Assembly (NCBI GenBank): GCA_038045565.1 | Contig: JBBSXX010000138.1 | Coordinates: forward strand, 1-29,727 | Source of the DNA: Nanobdellota archaeon | GTDB taxonomy: Archaea > Nanobdellota > Nanobdellia > Pacearchaeales > GW2011-AR1 | Length of the DNA: 29,727 nt | Reading direction: 5' to 3' | Part shown: positions 16,286 through 26,261 of the stretch, one piece after another | Layout of the letters: every line of letters starts with the position of its first letter | Position numbering within the stretch: the first letter of the stretch is position 1 | Notes under the pieces: model-generated | Seen by the model: the letters and a program-made list of their open reading frames with translations, nothing else | What the model was told of the DNA's origin: nothing | The model's database searches: none | Translations under genes and position numbers: made by a program

Positions 16286-18550
16286 ATGAAAAAAGCGCTG
16301 ATAACAGGAATAACTGGACAAGATGGGAGCTATCTTGCTGAGTTTTTGATTGAAAAAGGATATGAAGTACATGGAGTTGTTAGAAGGTCTAGCATAGTAA
16401 ATAGAGAAAGAATAGATCATTTAACTGAACTTGATTATTTTACAGGACCTGAAAGAGGTAAACTTGTATTGCATTATGGAGATTTAACTGATTCTAGTTC
16501 TATTGAAAAAATAATTAAATTTGTTATGCCTGATGAAATATATAATTTAGGAGCTCAAAGCCATGTTAGAGTGAGTTTTGATATTCCTGAAAATACTAGT
16601 AATGTTGTTGCTTTAGGAACTTTAAGAATTTTAGAAGCAATAAAAAATGTTTGTCCTAAAGCTAGATTCTATCAGGCTTCTTCATCTGAAATGTATGGGA
16701 AAGTTATGGAAACTCCACAAAATGAAAAGACTCCTTTTTATCCAAGAAGTCCTTATGCTTGTGCAAAGGTTTATGCTTTTAATATTACAAGAAATTTCAG
16801 AGAGGCTTATGGTATATTTGCAGCTAACGGCATATTATTCAATCATGAATGCATATCTGAAAATACCCCCATAATTGTAAAAGATAAAGTCGATGAGATT
16901 ATTTCAATTAAAAGAATTAAAGATATAAAAAGAGCAAAAGAAAAGGGAACAAATGTACAACAATGGGAATTAGATAATCTAGAAATATGGGATGGAAATA
17001 ATTTTGTTGAATTAAAATTCATTACTGCTACAAAAAGAAAGAAAGATAATGATGACTTTCAATGTAGAATTGTTAATACAAGAAATGGAATAGTTGAAAC
17101 AACTAATCACCACAATATGTTAAATGAAAATGCGGAAAAAGTAAAGAATCGTGACCTTAATTTAGGGGATAAACTATTACATAAACAGTTTCCTTTAATA
17201 AATGATTTTTCTAGACTATCTAAGGAAGAAGCATTATTCCTGGGTATGATGGTTGGAGATGGGTATATACATCCTGATGGAAGATCGCAATTTTCAAATA
17301 ATGATGAAAAAATTATCGAACTTATTAAAAACTTGTGGAAAAAAGTTAGTTTGGGAACCATAAATGTAAGAGAATATAAGACTGAATATGGTCATGTAAA
17401 ACAAACTACATTAAATGGCAATTTATCATATTTAAGAAACATTAGAGATGAAATTTATACTTATGATGGATTTAAAAAAGTTCCAGATAGAATATTAAAT
17501 GCTGATAAGGAAATAAAATTAGCGTTCTTAACAGGATATAATCTTACTGATGGTTTGAAATCCAATCCTTGCATTTATGAATTCAAAAATTTTAAAACTA
17601 ACTCAATACTACTTGCACAAGGATTATTATTTTTAGTTAGCCAAACTACAATGCAGGATTTTAATTTAACATTTGAAAAAGATGAGAAAAATTATGGCTA
17701 TTATTCTATAAATCTTTTAAGCCCTACAGATAATAAATTGAAAGAAGAAAAAGTACATGAATTAATAAGTCTTGGACTAAGCCAAAGACAAATTTCTGAA
17801 GAAAGTGGTATATCAAGAGATTTTATTAGGAAAATTGAGAATGGAGGAAATGCTCAAATTATTCATCACCTAGCAAAACAGAAAGAGGAAATTAAAAAGA
17901 TGCTATATCATAATCAACAACCTGAATGGGTTTATGATATAGAAACAAGCTCTGGTAAGTTTATGGCAGGTGTTGGAAAAATGGTTATATCTAACTCTGA
18001 AAGACGAGGAGAGAGTTTTGTGACAAGGAAAATAACTCAATCTTTATCTAGAGTAAAAATGGGTTTGCAAACTGAATTTTATCTTGGAAATTTAGATTCT
18101 GAAAGAGATTGGGGTCATGCTAGAGACTATGTGGAAGCCATGTGGTTAATTCTTCAGCAAGATGAACCAGAAGATTATGTTATTGGAACAGGGGAGAAAC
18201 ATAGTGTAAGAGAATTTTTAGAAGAGGCTGCTAAGGCTACCGGAATTAATATTAGGTCAAATGGCAAAAAAGGATTGGAAGAGGAATATGTTGATGAAAA
18301 TGGAAAACCAATTATTAAAATACATGAAAGATATTTCAGGCCTGCAGAGGTTGATTTATTATTAGCTGATCCTTTGAAAGCAAGAATAAAATTAGGTTGG
18401 GAGCCTAAAATAACTTTTAAAGAATTAGTTAGAATTATGTGTGAACATGATTTAAAACTAGCTGAGAAAGAATATTATTTGAAGAATAAAGTTAAAGTAG
18501 TTGATGATATAATAAATATATTAAAAGATAGCAATAATAAATTTACATAA
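16286..18550 (+). CDS. gmd: GDP-mannose 4,6-dehydratase, intein-containing (exteins total 372 aa)
   Basis: [41 protein letters not shown]|[19 protein letters not shown] and YFRPAEVD motifs. Confidence 0.95.
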   Translation: MKKALITGITGQDGSYLAEFLIEKGYEVHGVVRRSSIVNRERIDHLTELDYFTGPERGKLVLHYGDLTDSSSIEKIIKFVMPDEIYNLGAQSHVRVSFDIPENTSNVVALGTLRILEAIKNVCPKARFYQASSSEMYGKVMETPQNEKTPFYPRSPYACAKVYAFNITRNFREAYGIFAANGILFNHECISENTPIIVKDKVDEIISIKRIKDIKRAKEKGTNVQQWELDNLEIWDGNNFVELKFITATKRKKDNDDFQCRIVNTRNGIVETTNHHNMLNENAEKVKNRDLNLGDKLLHKQFPLINDFSRLSKEEALFLGMMVGDGYIHPDGRSQFSNNDEKIIELIKNLWKKVSLGTINVREYKTEYGHVKQTTLNGNLSYLRNIRDEIYTYDGFKKVPDRILNADKEIKLAFLTGYNLTDGLKSNPCIYEFKNFKTNSILLAQGLLFLVSQTTMQDFNLTFEKDEKNYGYYSINLLSPTDNKLKEEKVHELISLGLSQRQISEESGISRDFIRKIENGGNAQIIHHLAKQKEEIKKMLYHNQQPEWVYDIETSSGKFMAGVGKMVISNSERRGESFVTRKITQSLSRVKMGLQTEFYLGNLDSERDWGHARDYVEAMWLILQQDEPEDYVIGTGEKHSVREFLEEAAKATGINIRSNGKKGLEEEYVDENGKPIIKIHERYFRPAEVDLLLADPLKARIKLGWEPKITFKELVRIMCEHDLKLAEKEYYLKNKVKVVDDIINILKDSNNKFT
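16850..17995 (+). mobile_element. 382-aa intein with LAGLIDADG homing endonuclease and HTH insert
   Basis: Interrupts the conserved NHE|S. Starts CISENT (block A), ETTNHH (block B), FLGMMVGDG and [10 protein letters not shown] (LAGLIDADG), VYDIET..F (block F), ends VISN followed by Ser+1. Confidence 0.93.
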
Positions 18551-18617
18551 TAATAAACCTTTTCAAAAAGGTTTCCAAAATAAAATATTAAATAAAAACT
18601 AAGGAAAAAAGAGAAAA

Positions 18618-19685
18618 ATGGAATATAAATATCCTGTATCAAAACCATATATGAAAGGAAATGAACATGAATATGTAAGCAAGGCTGTGAAAGATGGATG
18701 GATTTCTTCTCAAGGACCTTATGTTAAGGAATTTGAGAAAAAATTTGCAGAATTTAATAATGTGAAACATGGAGTTGCTTGCTCTTCAGGAACTGCTGCT
18801 TTAACAATTGCATTAAGGGCTTTAGCAATTGGAGAGGGAGATGAAGTTATAGTTCCTGAATTTACAATGATTGCTAGTGCATGGGCAGTAACTTATACAG
18901 GAGCTAAACCAGTTTTTGTTGATTGTAAAGATGATTTAAATATAGACCCCGATAAAATTGAATCAAAAATTACTCCTAAAACCAAGGCTATAATGCCTGT
19001 CCATATTTATGGGAGACAGTGTGATATGGATAAAATAATGAATATTGCACATAACTATAATTTAAGAGTTATAGAAGATTCTGCAGAAGCTCATGGAGTA
19101 AAACCTGTTGGAGATATTGCTTGTTTTTCATTATATGCAAATAAGATAATTTCTTCTGGTGAAGGAGGGATATGTGTTACAAATGATGAAAGACTTGCTA
19201 GACAGATGGAACATTTAAGAGGAATGGCTTTTACTCCGGAACATAATTTTATTCATAAAAAAGTTGCTTATAATTTTAGGATGACTAATATGCAGGCAGC
19301 TATTGCACTTGCACAACTTGAAAATATTGGAGAGATATTAGAAAAAAGAAGAAATGTTGAAGCAATTTATGATGAAAAATTAAAAGATATATCTGGATTG
19401 AAATTAATGCCTACGAGAAATGTTTTATGGATGTATGATATTCTTGCTGGAGACTATAAAGAAAGAGAGGCTCTTCAGACATTTCTTACAAGCCATGGAA
19501 TAGAAACAAGGCAATTTTTTAAGCCAATGAGCCAGCAGCCCATGTATTATAATGAAAATTGGACTAATTTAAGGGCGGCTGATTTAGGACATAGAGGAAT
19601 ATATCTTCCAAGTTATACTGATTTAAGTGAAGAAGAACAGGAGTTTATTGCAAGTAAGATAAAAGAATTTTATAATGGAAGGTAA
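18618..19685 (+). CDS. DegT/DnrJ/EryC1/StrS PLP aminotransferase, probably GDP-perosamine synthase
   Basis: SSGTAAL, GDEVIVP, EDSAEAHG, FSLYANKIISSGEGG (PLP Lys) and NFRMTNMQAA. Lies directly after gmd. Confidence 0.85.
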   Translation: MEYKYPVSKPYMKGNEHEYVSKAVKDGWISSQGPYVKEFEKKFAEFNNVKHGVACSSGTAALTIALRALAIGEGDEVIVPEFTMIASAWAVTYTGAKPVFVDCKDDLNIDPDKIESKITPKTKAIMPVHIYGRQCDMDKIMNIAHNYNLRVIEDSAEAHGVKPVGDIACFSLYANKIISSGEGGICVTNDERLARQMEHLRGMAFTPEHNFIHKKVAYNFRMTNMQAAIALAQLENIGEILEKRRNVEAIYDEKLKDISGLKLMPTRNVLWMYDILAGDYKEREALQTFLTSHGIETRQFFKPMSQQPMYYNENWTNLRAADLGHRGIYLPSYTDLSEEEQEFIASKIKEFYNGR

Positions 19686-19691
19686 AATAAA

Positions 19692-20507
19692 GTGACTTTG
19701 AGAAAAATAAAAAAACCTTCTGTATGTCTTACAACGTATTTTGATGATAATTTTAAGGATATGGGGGAGATGTGTTTAAAATCTGCTCAGAAATATGCTG
19801 AAAAATATGGATTTAAAATTGAGCTGTTAAATAGCGTAAAATCAAATAGACCTGTTGCATGGAATAAAATCTTAATTGTTAAAGAGCTTCTTGAAAAGTA
19901 CGATTTTGTATTTTGGATAGATTCTGATGCCCTTTTTGTCAGATTTGATAAAAATATTTTAAAGGAGATTGAAAATGGTAAGGATTTTTATCTTGTTAAA
20001 CATCATATAAGGGGCAGATTGGTTCCTAATAGTGGGAGTTTTATTATTAGAAAAAGTGAGTGGAGTAAAAAGTTTTTAGATGATGTATGGAATAAAAAAG
20101 AATATATTTATCATAATTATTGGGAGAATGCAGCGATAGTTGATATTTTAGGGTATAAAGAAGTAATGAGTTCTAATAAATATAAATTATTTTTTAATAT
20201 GATATTTTACAAATTGAAAATAAAAAAATTTGCTACAAAGGTGTTTAATTTGTTAAAAAAATTATTACCTGTAAAAAATAAAATTGATGACAAGAGTATA
20301 GAAGAGAGAAATATAAAAATGATTAGATATTATGAAAATCCTGAGATAATGAAAAAAGTTAAATGGCTTGATTTAGAATGGAATAACTTGCCTGGAGTTA
20401 AAGGTAGTGAGGCTAAAAAACCTATAATAAACCATTATCCTGCAAAACCATATGCTGAAAGGTTATATAAAATGAAACAAGATTTTAAAAATGCTAAATT
20501 AGGTTAA
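19692..20507 (+). CDS. GT34-like glycosyltransferase (GMA12/MNN10 family)
   Basis: WNKILIVKELL, VFWIDSDA (DxD) and NSGSFIIRKSEWS motifs. GTG start. Confidence 0.72.
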   Translation: MTLRKIKKPSVCLTTYFDDNFKDMGEMCLKSAQKYAEKYGFKIELLNSVKSNRPVAWNKILIVKELLEKYDFVFWIDSDALFVRFDKNILKEIENGKDFYLVKHHIRGRLVPNSGSFIIRKSEWSKKFLDDVWNKKEYIYHNYWENAAIVDILGYKEVMSSNKYKLFFNMIFYKLKIKKFATKVFNLLKKLLPVKNKIDDKSIEERNIKMIRYYENPEIMKKVKWLDLEWNNLPGVKGSEAKKPIINHYPAKPYAERLYKMKQDFKNAKLG

Positions 20508-20519
20508 TTCTTGATTAAA

Positions 20520-21245
20520 ATGGCTATATTACAAGAGCATTTAAGATTTTTCAGGGAAATTTTTAGCATAAAGGACTTTTTTGGAGAGAGAATTGCTTCT
20601 ATCGGGGTTCAAGAGATAAGAGCTAGAAGAGGAGGTAAAATGCCTAAGGATTTTGATTATAAAAATTTTAAAGAGTTGCTATTTGCTAGAGGAGTTAAAG
20701 CTGTTGACGAGTTTGATTATTTTGATGAAAAAGCTAATATAAAATTTGATTTTAACAGGCCGATAGATAAAAAATATTATGAAAAGTATAATACTGTAAT
20801 AGATATTGGTTCTTTGGAGCATATATTTGATACAAAACAAGCAATGGAAAATTGTTTGAGAATGGTTAAAGTTAATGGTTTTTATTTTTTACACACACCA
20901 GTTAACGGTTATTTTAAAGATGGGTTTCACACTTTTAATCCAGACGCTATTATTGGAGCATTAAAATCAAATGGATTTCAAATTATATATGAAAAATATG
21001 GGACATTAAGAGGCAAGGAAATTAAGAATCCAGCATATGGTAGAGATGTTAATTTATGGATTGTTGCAAGGAAATTGAAAAAGATAGATAAATTTAATAT
21101 ACCCCAACAAGAATGGTGGGATGAAATGTTAAAAGAAGATTGGAAATCTAATTGGAAGCAAAGAGTGAAAAGAAGAGAAAAGAATTATCTTCAAAAGTTA
21201 ATAGAAAGATTAAAAATTATATGGTACGCTGCCGGATTGCAGTAA
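20520..21245 (+). CDS. SAM-dependent methyltransferase-like protein
   Basis: VIDIGSLEHIFD...NCLRMVKVNG.Y....P. Motif I is not obvious. ATG 20520 preferred over TTG 20511. Confidence 0.6.
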   Translation: MAILQEHLRFFREIFSIKDFFGERIASIGVQEIRARRGGKMPKDFDYKNFKELLFARGVKAVDEFDYFDEKANIKFDFNRPIDKKYYEKYNTVIDIGSLEHIFDTKQAMENCLRMVKVNGFYFLHTPVNGYFKDGFHTFNPDAIIGALKSNGFQIIYEKYGTLRGKEIKNPAYGRDVNLWIVARKLKKIDKFNIPQQEWWDEMLKEDWKSNWKQRVKRREKNYLQKLIERLKIIWYAAGLQ

Positions 21246-22782
21246 TTACGGATTTTATTCTATTATAAATTAACTTAGCTATATAATAATCTGCTTTGTT
21301 TAAACCTTTAATTAATATTAAAGAAATAAAGTATACTAAGATTCCAGATAAAACTAAAATTACACCTTTCCAGAGATTTATATCTCCAAGATAAACTTTA
21401 ATAAGATAAACTACAACAACCATTATAATTGATGCTAGAAGTGGTTTGATTATTAACTTAGAATCTAACCTTACATTTAATTTTTTTCTAGCAAGTATTG
21501 TCATACCAATACAATAAATAAACCAACTGAAAGTTGTTGCGATTGCTGCTCCTGTTATGGCCCATACCTCTGAATAGTAAGAAAGATACTTTACAAGTAC
21601 AAAATTAAGCACAACATCTAAAACAATAACAAAAATCAGTAATGGGAAGTAATCTTTTGATTTTTCTCTTGAGGAAAATAGTTCTATTAGAAGACCTACT
21701 TGAGCTGCTAAAAATATAAACAGGGATAAGAAATACAATGGTAAAGCGCCTTCAACATATTCATATCCGTAAATTAGTACTAAGAAGTATCCTCCTAAAA
21801 CTGAGAGTCCAAAGGCTGTTGGAAAAGATAAAATCATAGAGTATCTAAATGCTTTATTGAATACTTCTTCTAATCTTTTTGTTTTTAATTCAACAAAAAT
21901 TGGGAGTAATACCTGTCCGAATCCTAACAAACCGGAAATACTAGACATTAATACAAATGCTGCTTGATATATTCCAATGTATTTCGTATTATCAAGAATT
22001 ATACCTAAAGCAATTGTGTCAATATTACCGATTAATACAATTGAAATTGAAGTTAATGTTAAGTAAGAAGCAAACTTAACAACTCTTGCTTTTTCATTTT
22101 TATCCAGTTTATTTGAAAATGAGAATATTTTAGGATATTTTTTATTTATATTATACATACTAAATAGGATTGCTAAAAATGAAGATAAAAGTAGAATTAA
22201 GAATGCTTGGGCAGGAGTAGGATTTTTTATTATAAAAACTAAGAATATAACTGAAAGTATTATTTTTGATGATTGAAAAACTAATTCTTTAAGAGCTACA
22301 TATTTAACATTTTTTATGCAGAAAAAGAATGATGCTAAAAACTGATCTAGAGAAAGGAAGAACATATAAATTGTTGCCATAAATAATGGAATAATCATAG
22401 CTGGCTTATGGAATATAAAAATAGACATGGGATATATAGTAATCATTAATAAAAATGCTAGAATTAATAAAATTATGATTTTCAACTTAAATGTATAGGC
22501 AAAATAATCTCTTGCTTTTTTATCTGATTTTTTCTTTATAGAGTTTGAAAAATAAAAAATTAAAGCTCTATCAATACCTACTTGAGAGAGCATGAAAAAT
22601 ATAAGACCGACTGAAATAACCAGATTATAAAGTCCGAATCCTTCTGGAAATAAAAGTCGGGCTATAATTATTGTAAAAACAAGTCCACCTATTCTTTGTA
22701 TTAAGGCTGCCAGAGTATTCCAAATAGACCCGCTTAAAGCCTGACTTGTTATTGTTTCTTTACTCTTTTTTATATTTTCCAT
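21217..22782 (-). CDS. Wzx/RfbX (MOP superfamily) oligosaccharide flippase
   Basis: About 14 TM segments. ARLLFPEGFGLYNL, NIDTIALG..IGIYQAA and GAAIAT motifs. Confidence 0.9.
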   Translation of the reverse strand: MENIKKSKETITSQALSGSIWNTLAALIQRIGGLVFTIIIARLLFPEGFGLYNLVISVGLIFFMLSQVGIDRALIFYFSNSIKKKSDKKARDYFAYTFKLKIIILLILAFLLMITIYPMSIFIFHKPAMIIPLFMATIYMFFLSLDQFLASFFFCIKNVKYVALKELVFQSSKIILSVIFLVFIIKNPTPAQAFLILLLSSFLAILFSMYNINKKYPKIFSFSNKLDKNEKARVVKFASYLTLTSISIVLIGNIDTIALGIILDNTKYIGIYQAAFVLMSSISGLLGFGQVLLPIFVELKTKRLEEVFNKAFRYSMILSFPTAFGLSVLGGYFLVLIYGYEYVEGALPLYFLSLFIFLAAQVGLLIELFSSREKSKDYFPLLIFVIVLDVVLNFVLVKYLSYYSEVWAITGAAIATTFSWFIYCIGMTILARKKLNVRLDSKLIIKPLLASIIMVVVVYLIKVYLGDINLWKGVILVLSGILVYFISLILIKGLNKADYYIAKLIYNRIKSVITAIRQRTI

Positions 22783-22815
22783 GGATTATGTTTATATTAT
22801 ATAATTTAACTATCT

Positions 22816-24687
22816 TTAATTAAACTTTTTGCTAAATAGGAAAAATATAGCTAAAAATATAGAAAGAATTGCTAAGATAACTGAGATTACCACTATAAAA
22901 TATGAGATTGTGGCTAATAGTCTGTCTGAAAGCGAATTTATTTGGTAATTAAATGGGTAAGAAGACAGGTCCTTGTATAAGTATGGAACAAAATAGAAAC
23001 TGTTCATTCTATCAGTCTGCTGCACTAATAGTGGATTTAAATATATTGACCTTTTATAAATTTTATAAGCTTCTATTTCTTCTGATTTTGAGATAAACTC
23101 ATTTCCAGAATATAATTTTTCTGTGAAAGTTTTATCAGCATCAGATTCTAAACTTATAGAATTGAATAGAGTTTCCAAACTCTTATTTAATTCTTGTTGT
23201 TTACTTATTGTTCCCCAACCACAATCATCCTTTGCACATTCAACAAAATAAACGTTCGTAGGAGTTAGGTATTGAGTTGAAAGATTTGAATTGTATTTAT
23301 AAAATTCAATGAAATCTACCATACTTAAAATATGATTTGGGGTTCCTAGCCATAAGTATTGGGAAGTGTAAATTCTATTATCAAAAACTATCAAATCATT
23401 TGAATTTACGTTTTTATTTATATAGGATTTTAATTGTGATTCTGCGCTAGGAGTTAAATAACTTTTAGGAGTCGTATAGTTATTGCCTATGTTAATTAAT
23501 AAAATAATGACTAAAGCTGCAATTATTAGGTATTTCAAAGATTTATTTTTCTTGTCTGAGAATTTTACTAACTCATTTAAGAAATAACCGGCAGGAATTG
23601 AAAAAATAACTGCCATAAATGCAAAATGTTTTGGGAGAGGACTTCCAGGCGATTGGAGTATAAACGGAATAATCAAAAATACTAGTAAAAAGGAAAGTGG
23701 AATTGATTTCTTTCTGGAGATTAAAAATGCTAAACCAAAAATGCCGAAAATTAAAAGTATTAAATCAGTGTGGTAAAGTAAAGTAATATTTTCGTAATTT
23801 TTCCAGTAAGTAATATTATCAAAAAAACTTCTTTCCTGCCCGGCAAGGCCCCCATAAAACTGCTGAGTTTTTTCAGTGTGAATTATTCTACTGAAATAAA
23901 CATCTGTAATCCCTTTTTCTTTATATAATAAAAAGTTAAATGTTAAGAATGGTAATGAAAAAAGGAATATTATTCCAAGAAATATTACTAGGGATAATAT
24001 GTTTTTCTTTGTAAATATCTTTTCTTGCCTAAAATGCATAAAACATAAACTAAAAACTAAAAATGCTAGAAGAAAGAATGGAGTACTATATTTTGTAAGC
24101 ATTCCCAAGCCAAATAAAATAGCAGATCCCATTAATAGATAGTAGTTCTTTTTTTCTATAAACAACATTCCCAAATAGGTTCCAAATAAACAAAAAAAGA
24201 ATACTAAAAGAGACATTTCTGTAAAGGTCATTCTTATTAAAAATGAAGATAATGTTACAAATATAGCTGAAAATAAAGCTATTTTCTTATCAAATAATTT
24301 AGAAGTTATAAGGTAAACTAAAACTATTATTAGTGTTCCCGCAATAAGGGGCCAGAATCTAGCAGAGAATTGAGAATAGCCAAATAGTTTAAATGTTGAA
24401 TCTGTAAGATAGAAAAATAACGGTGGATTTGAGTGTGTTGATATGATTTTTGAGGACCAGATACCTGCTGTTTGAGAGGCATAAACCATATCATCTGCAA
24501 AAACGCTTAAATCAATAGCTGCAATTAACCTAAGAATAAATCCTCCAATTATGACTAAAATAAGTGCTTTTTCGATCTTATTATTTTTAGAATAAATAAA
24601 GTCTACAAATTTTGATACAGCTTTGTCAATAAATGAATCTTTAGTTTTTATTTTTTCTTGGTTTTTTACCTCTGCTTTTTCTTCCAT
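22816..24687 (-). CDS. GT-C membrane glycosyltransferase (PMT_2/ArnT-like)
   Basis: LRL...ADDMVY, PPLFFY, ARFWP, LTKY motifs. Multiple TMs, a large extracellular C-terminal domain and a terminal TM. ATG 24687 preferred over TTG 24708. Confidence 0.8.
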   Translation of the reverse strand: MEEKAEVKNQEKIKTKDSFIDKAVSKFVDFIYSKNNKIEKALILVIIGGFILRLIAAIDLSVFADDMVYASQTAGIWSSKIISTHSNPPLFFYLTDSTFKLFGYSQFSARFWPLIAGTLIIVLVYLITSKLFDKKIALFSAIFVTLSSFLIRMTFTEMSLLVFFFCLFGTYLGMLFIEKKNYYLLMGSAILFGLGMLTKYSTPFFLLAFLVFSLCFMHFRQEKIFTKKNILSLVIFLGIIFLFSLPFLTFNFLLYKEKGITDVYFSRIIHTEKTQQFYGGLAGQERSFFDNITYWKNYENITLLYHTDLILLIFGIFGLAFLISRKKSIPLSFLLVFLIIPFILQSPGSPLPKHFAFMAVIFSIPAGYFLNELVKFSDKKNKSLKYLIIAALVIILLINIGNNYTTPKSYLTPSAESQLKSYINKNVNSNDLIVFDNRIYTSQYLWLGTPNHILSMVDFIEFYKYNSNLSTQYLTPTNVYFVECAKDDCGWGTISKQQELNKSLETLFNSISLESDADKTFTEKLYSGNEFISKSEEIEAYKIYKRSIYLNPLLVQQTDRMNSFYFVPYLYKDLSSYPFNYQINSLSDRLLATISYFIVVISVILAILSIFLAIFFLFSKKFN

Positions 24688-24770
24688 AATTATACCAATT
24701 ATCAGCAATTTATAAGGTTAATTAAACACAATAGACATAAGTTTATAATAGTTAATTATTATGGTTTTTT

Positions 24771-25490
24771 ATGGAAGAAAAGTTTGGAGAATTTTTTACC
24801 GACAAGACATATATTGAAATAAAAAATTCATTATTTAACTATAGAAATAGAGTTAAGCATGTAAAAACTGAATTTTTAAAATTTAACAATGTAAAAATTG
24901 TTAAAGCTTTGGATATAGGCTCTGGAATTTCCCCTGTTTCACCTGTTCCAAAAAATACTTTGTTTATGGATTTGTCTGAAGATGCTGTTAATTTTTTAGT
25001 TTCTAAAGGGTTAAAGGCTAAAAGTGGAAGTATAACCGATCTTAATTTTAAAGCTGAATTTAACTGGATTTTTTGTTCTGAGGTATTAGAACATATCGAA
25101 GATTATAGAAAAGCTATATCGGAAATGCATAAAGCCCTTAATAAAGAAGGGAGGGCAATAATTACAGTTCCAGTTCATATGAAATATTGGAATAGAGATG
25201 ATGAATTTGTTGAGCATTATAGAAGATTTGATCCATATAAATTAAAGGCTGATTTTGAGACTGCGGGATTTAAAGTATTAAAGATGAAACCTATAGGAAG
25301 TTTTTTAGACAAATATCTTACTCTTTTAACTGTAGATAGTTTCAAAAGATCAAAAAAAGGAAAAATAGGATCTTTTAAGAAAAACATTATATTATTTGTG
25401 AATAATATTTTGTATTATCTTGTTAGAGCTTCCTTATATGTTAATTCTGAAAAATCAACAAACATTATGCTTTATGTTGTTGAGAAGTAG
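24771..25490 (+). CDS. Class I SAM-dependent methyltransferase
   Basis: ALDIGSG, FNWIFCSEVLEHIED and ITVP...W...DE..EHYRR. Confidence 0.85.
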   Translation: MEEKFGEFFTDKTYIEIKNSLFNYRNRVKHVKTEFLKFNNVKIVKALDIGSGISPVSPVPKNTLFMDLSEDAVNFLVSKGLKAKSGSITDLNFKAEFNWIFCSEVLEHIEDYRKAISEMHKALNKEGRAIITVPVHMKYWNRDDEFVEHYRRFDPYKLKADFETAGFKVLKMKPIGSFLDKYLTLLTVDSFKRSKKGKIGSFKKNIILFVNNILYYLVRASLYVNSEKSTNIMLYVVEK

Positions 25491-26253
25491 AATTCTTTAT
25501 ATTAAACAAAGGAAATTTCCTTATAGAAGTCTGATGCATAATGTATTTTGACATTACCTTTAAAACGTTTAAACCATACTTAAAAGAATTAACATTGCAT
25601 TTTTCATCCCCATAATGGGTTGGAATTGGAATTTCTGATATTCTTTTTTTAGCCATCACCATTTGAACAATTATTTCACTGTCAAAATGAAAATCATTTG
25701 AGTTTTTGTCAAATGGTATTTGTGAAAGTGCTAAAATTGAGTATGCTCTAAATCCTGAATGAAATTCAGTTAAACGAGTTTGTAAAACAAGATTCTCAAT
25801 AGTTGTCAGAAATATGTTCCCAAAAAACTTATAGAGGGGCATGCCTCCTTTGATAGGATTACCTGACATTCTTGAACCGAAAGCCATTCCAACATTAGGA
25901 TTATCAAAAAGACTTACTAAACTATTTATGTATTCAGGAGGGTATTGTAGGTCTCCATGAACCATTACAGCAATTTCGTAGCCTTTATTTTTAGCATAAT
26001 TGTAACAAAATTTCTGATTTCCACCATAACCTTTATTTTTCTGATGTTTAATTATTGTTAATTTTTTAAGATTGTTTTTATTTTTATATTCAATGGCCTT
26101 TTCATAGGTATCATCTTTTGAACAGTCATCTGCAATTAGAACCTCCTCACATTCATCCCAGACTTTTTTTGGTATTCTTTCAAGTAGGTTTATGATAGTT
26201 TTTCTATGATTATATGAGAGAATAAAAACAAAAACTCTTTTTTTCTGCTTCAT
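25465..26253 (-). CDS. GT2 polyprenol-phosphate glycosyltransferase (DPM1-like)
   Basis: SYN, ADDCSKD, NKGYGG, HGDLQYPP, GSR, SGFRAY and FDSE motifs. Confidence 0.88.
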   Translation of the reverse strand: MKQKKRVFVFILSYNHRKTIINLLERIPKKVWDECEEVLIADDCSKDDTYEKAIEYKNKNNLKKLTIIKHQKNKGYGGNQKFCYNYAKNKGYEIAVMVHGDLQYPPEYINSLVSLFDNPNVGMAFGSRMSGNPIKGGMPLYKFFGNIFLTTIENLVLQTRLTEFHSGFRAYSILALSQIPFDKNSNDFHFDSEIIVQMVMAKKRISEIPIPTHYGDEKCNVNSFKYGLNVLKVMSKYIMHQTSIRKFPLFNIKNSTSQQHKA

Positions 26254-26261
26254 TTTATTAA

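Noticed and set aside
14603-17361. Short ORFs 14603..14821, 16647..16874 and 17107..17361
   Set aside because: Nested in the TIM-barrel, gmd or intein coding sequence, in an alternative frame or antisense.
18026-18340. Idea that the odd CCT tRNAs indicate AGG codon reassignment
   Set aside because: AGG encodes strongly conserved arginines in GMD (FVTRK at 18026..18028, YFRP at 18338..18340), so AGG reads as Arg.
18555-18574. AAACCTTTT-ca-AAAAGGTTT inverted repeat between gmd and the aminotransferase
   Set aside because: Made mostly of A/T runs, which is expected by chance at this composition. It could be a weak terminator but is not supportable.
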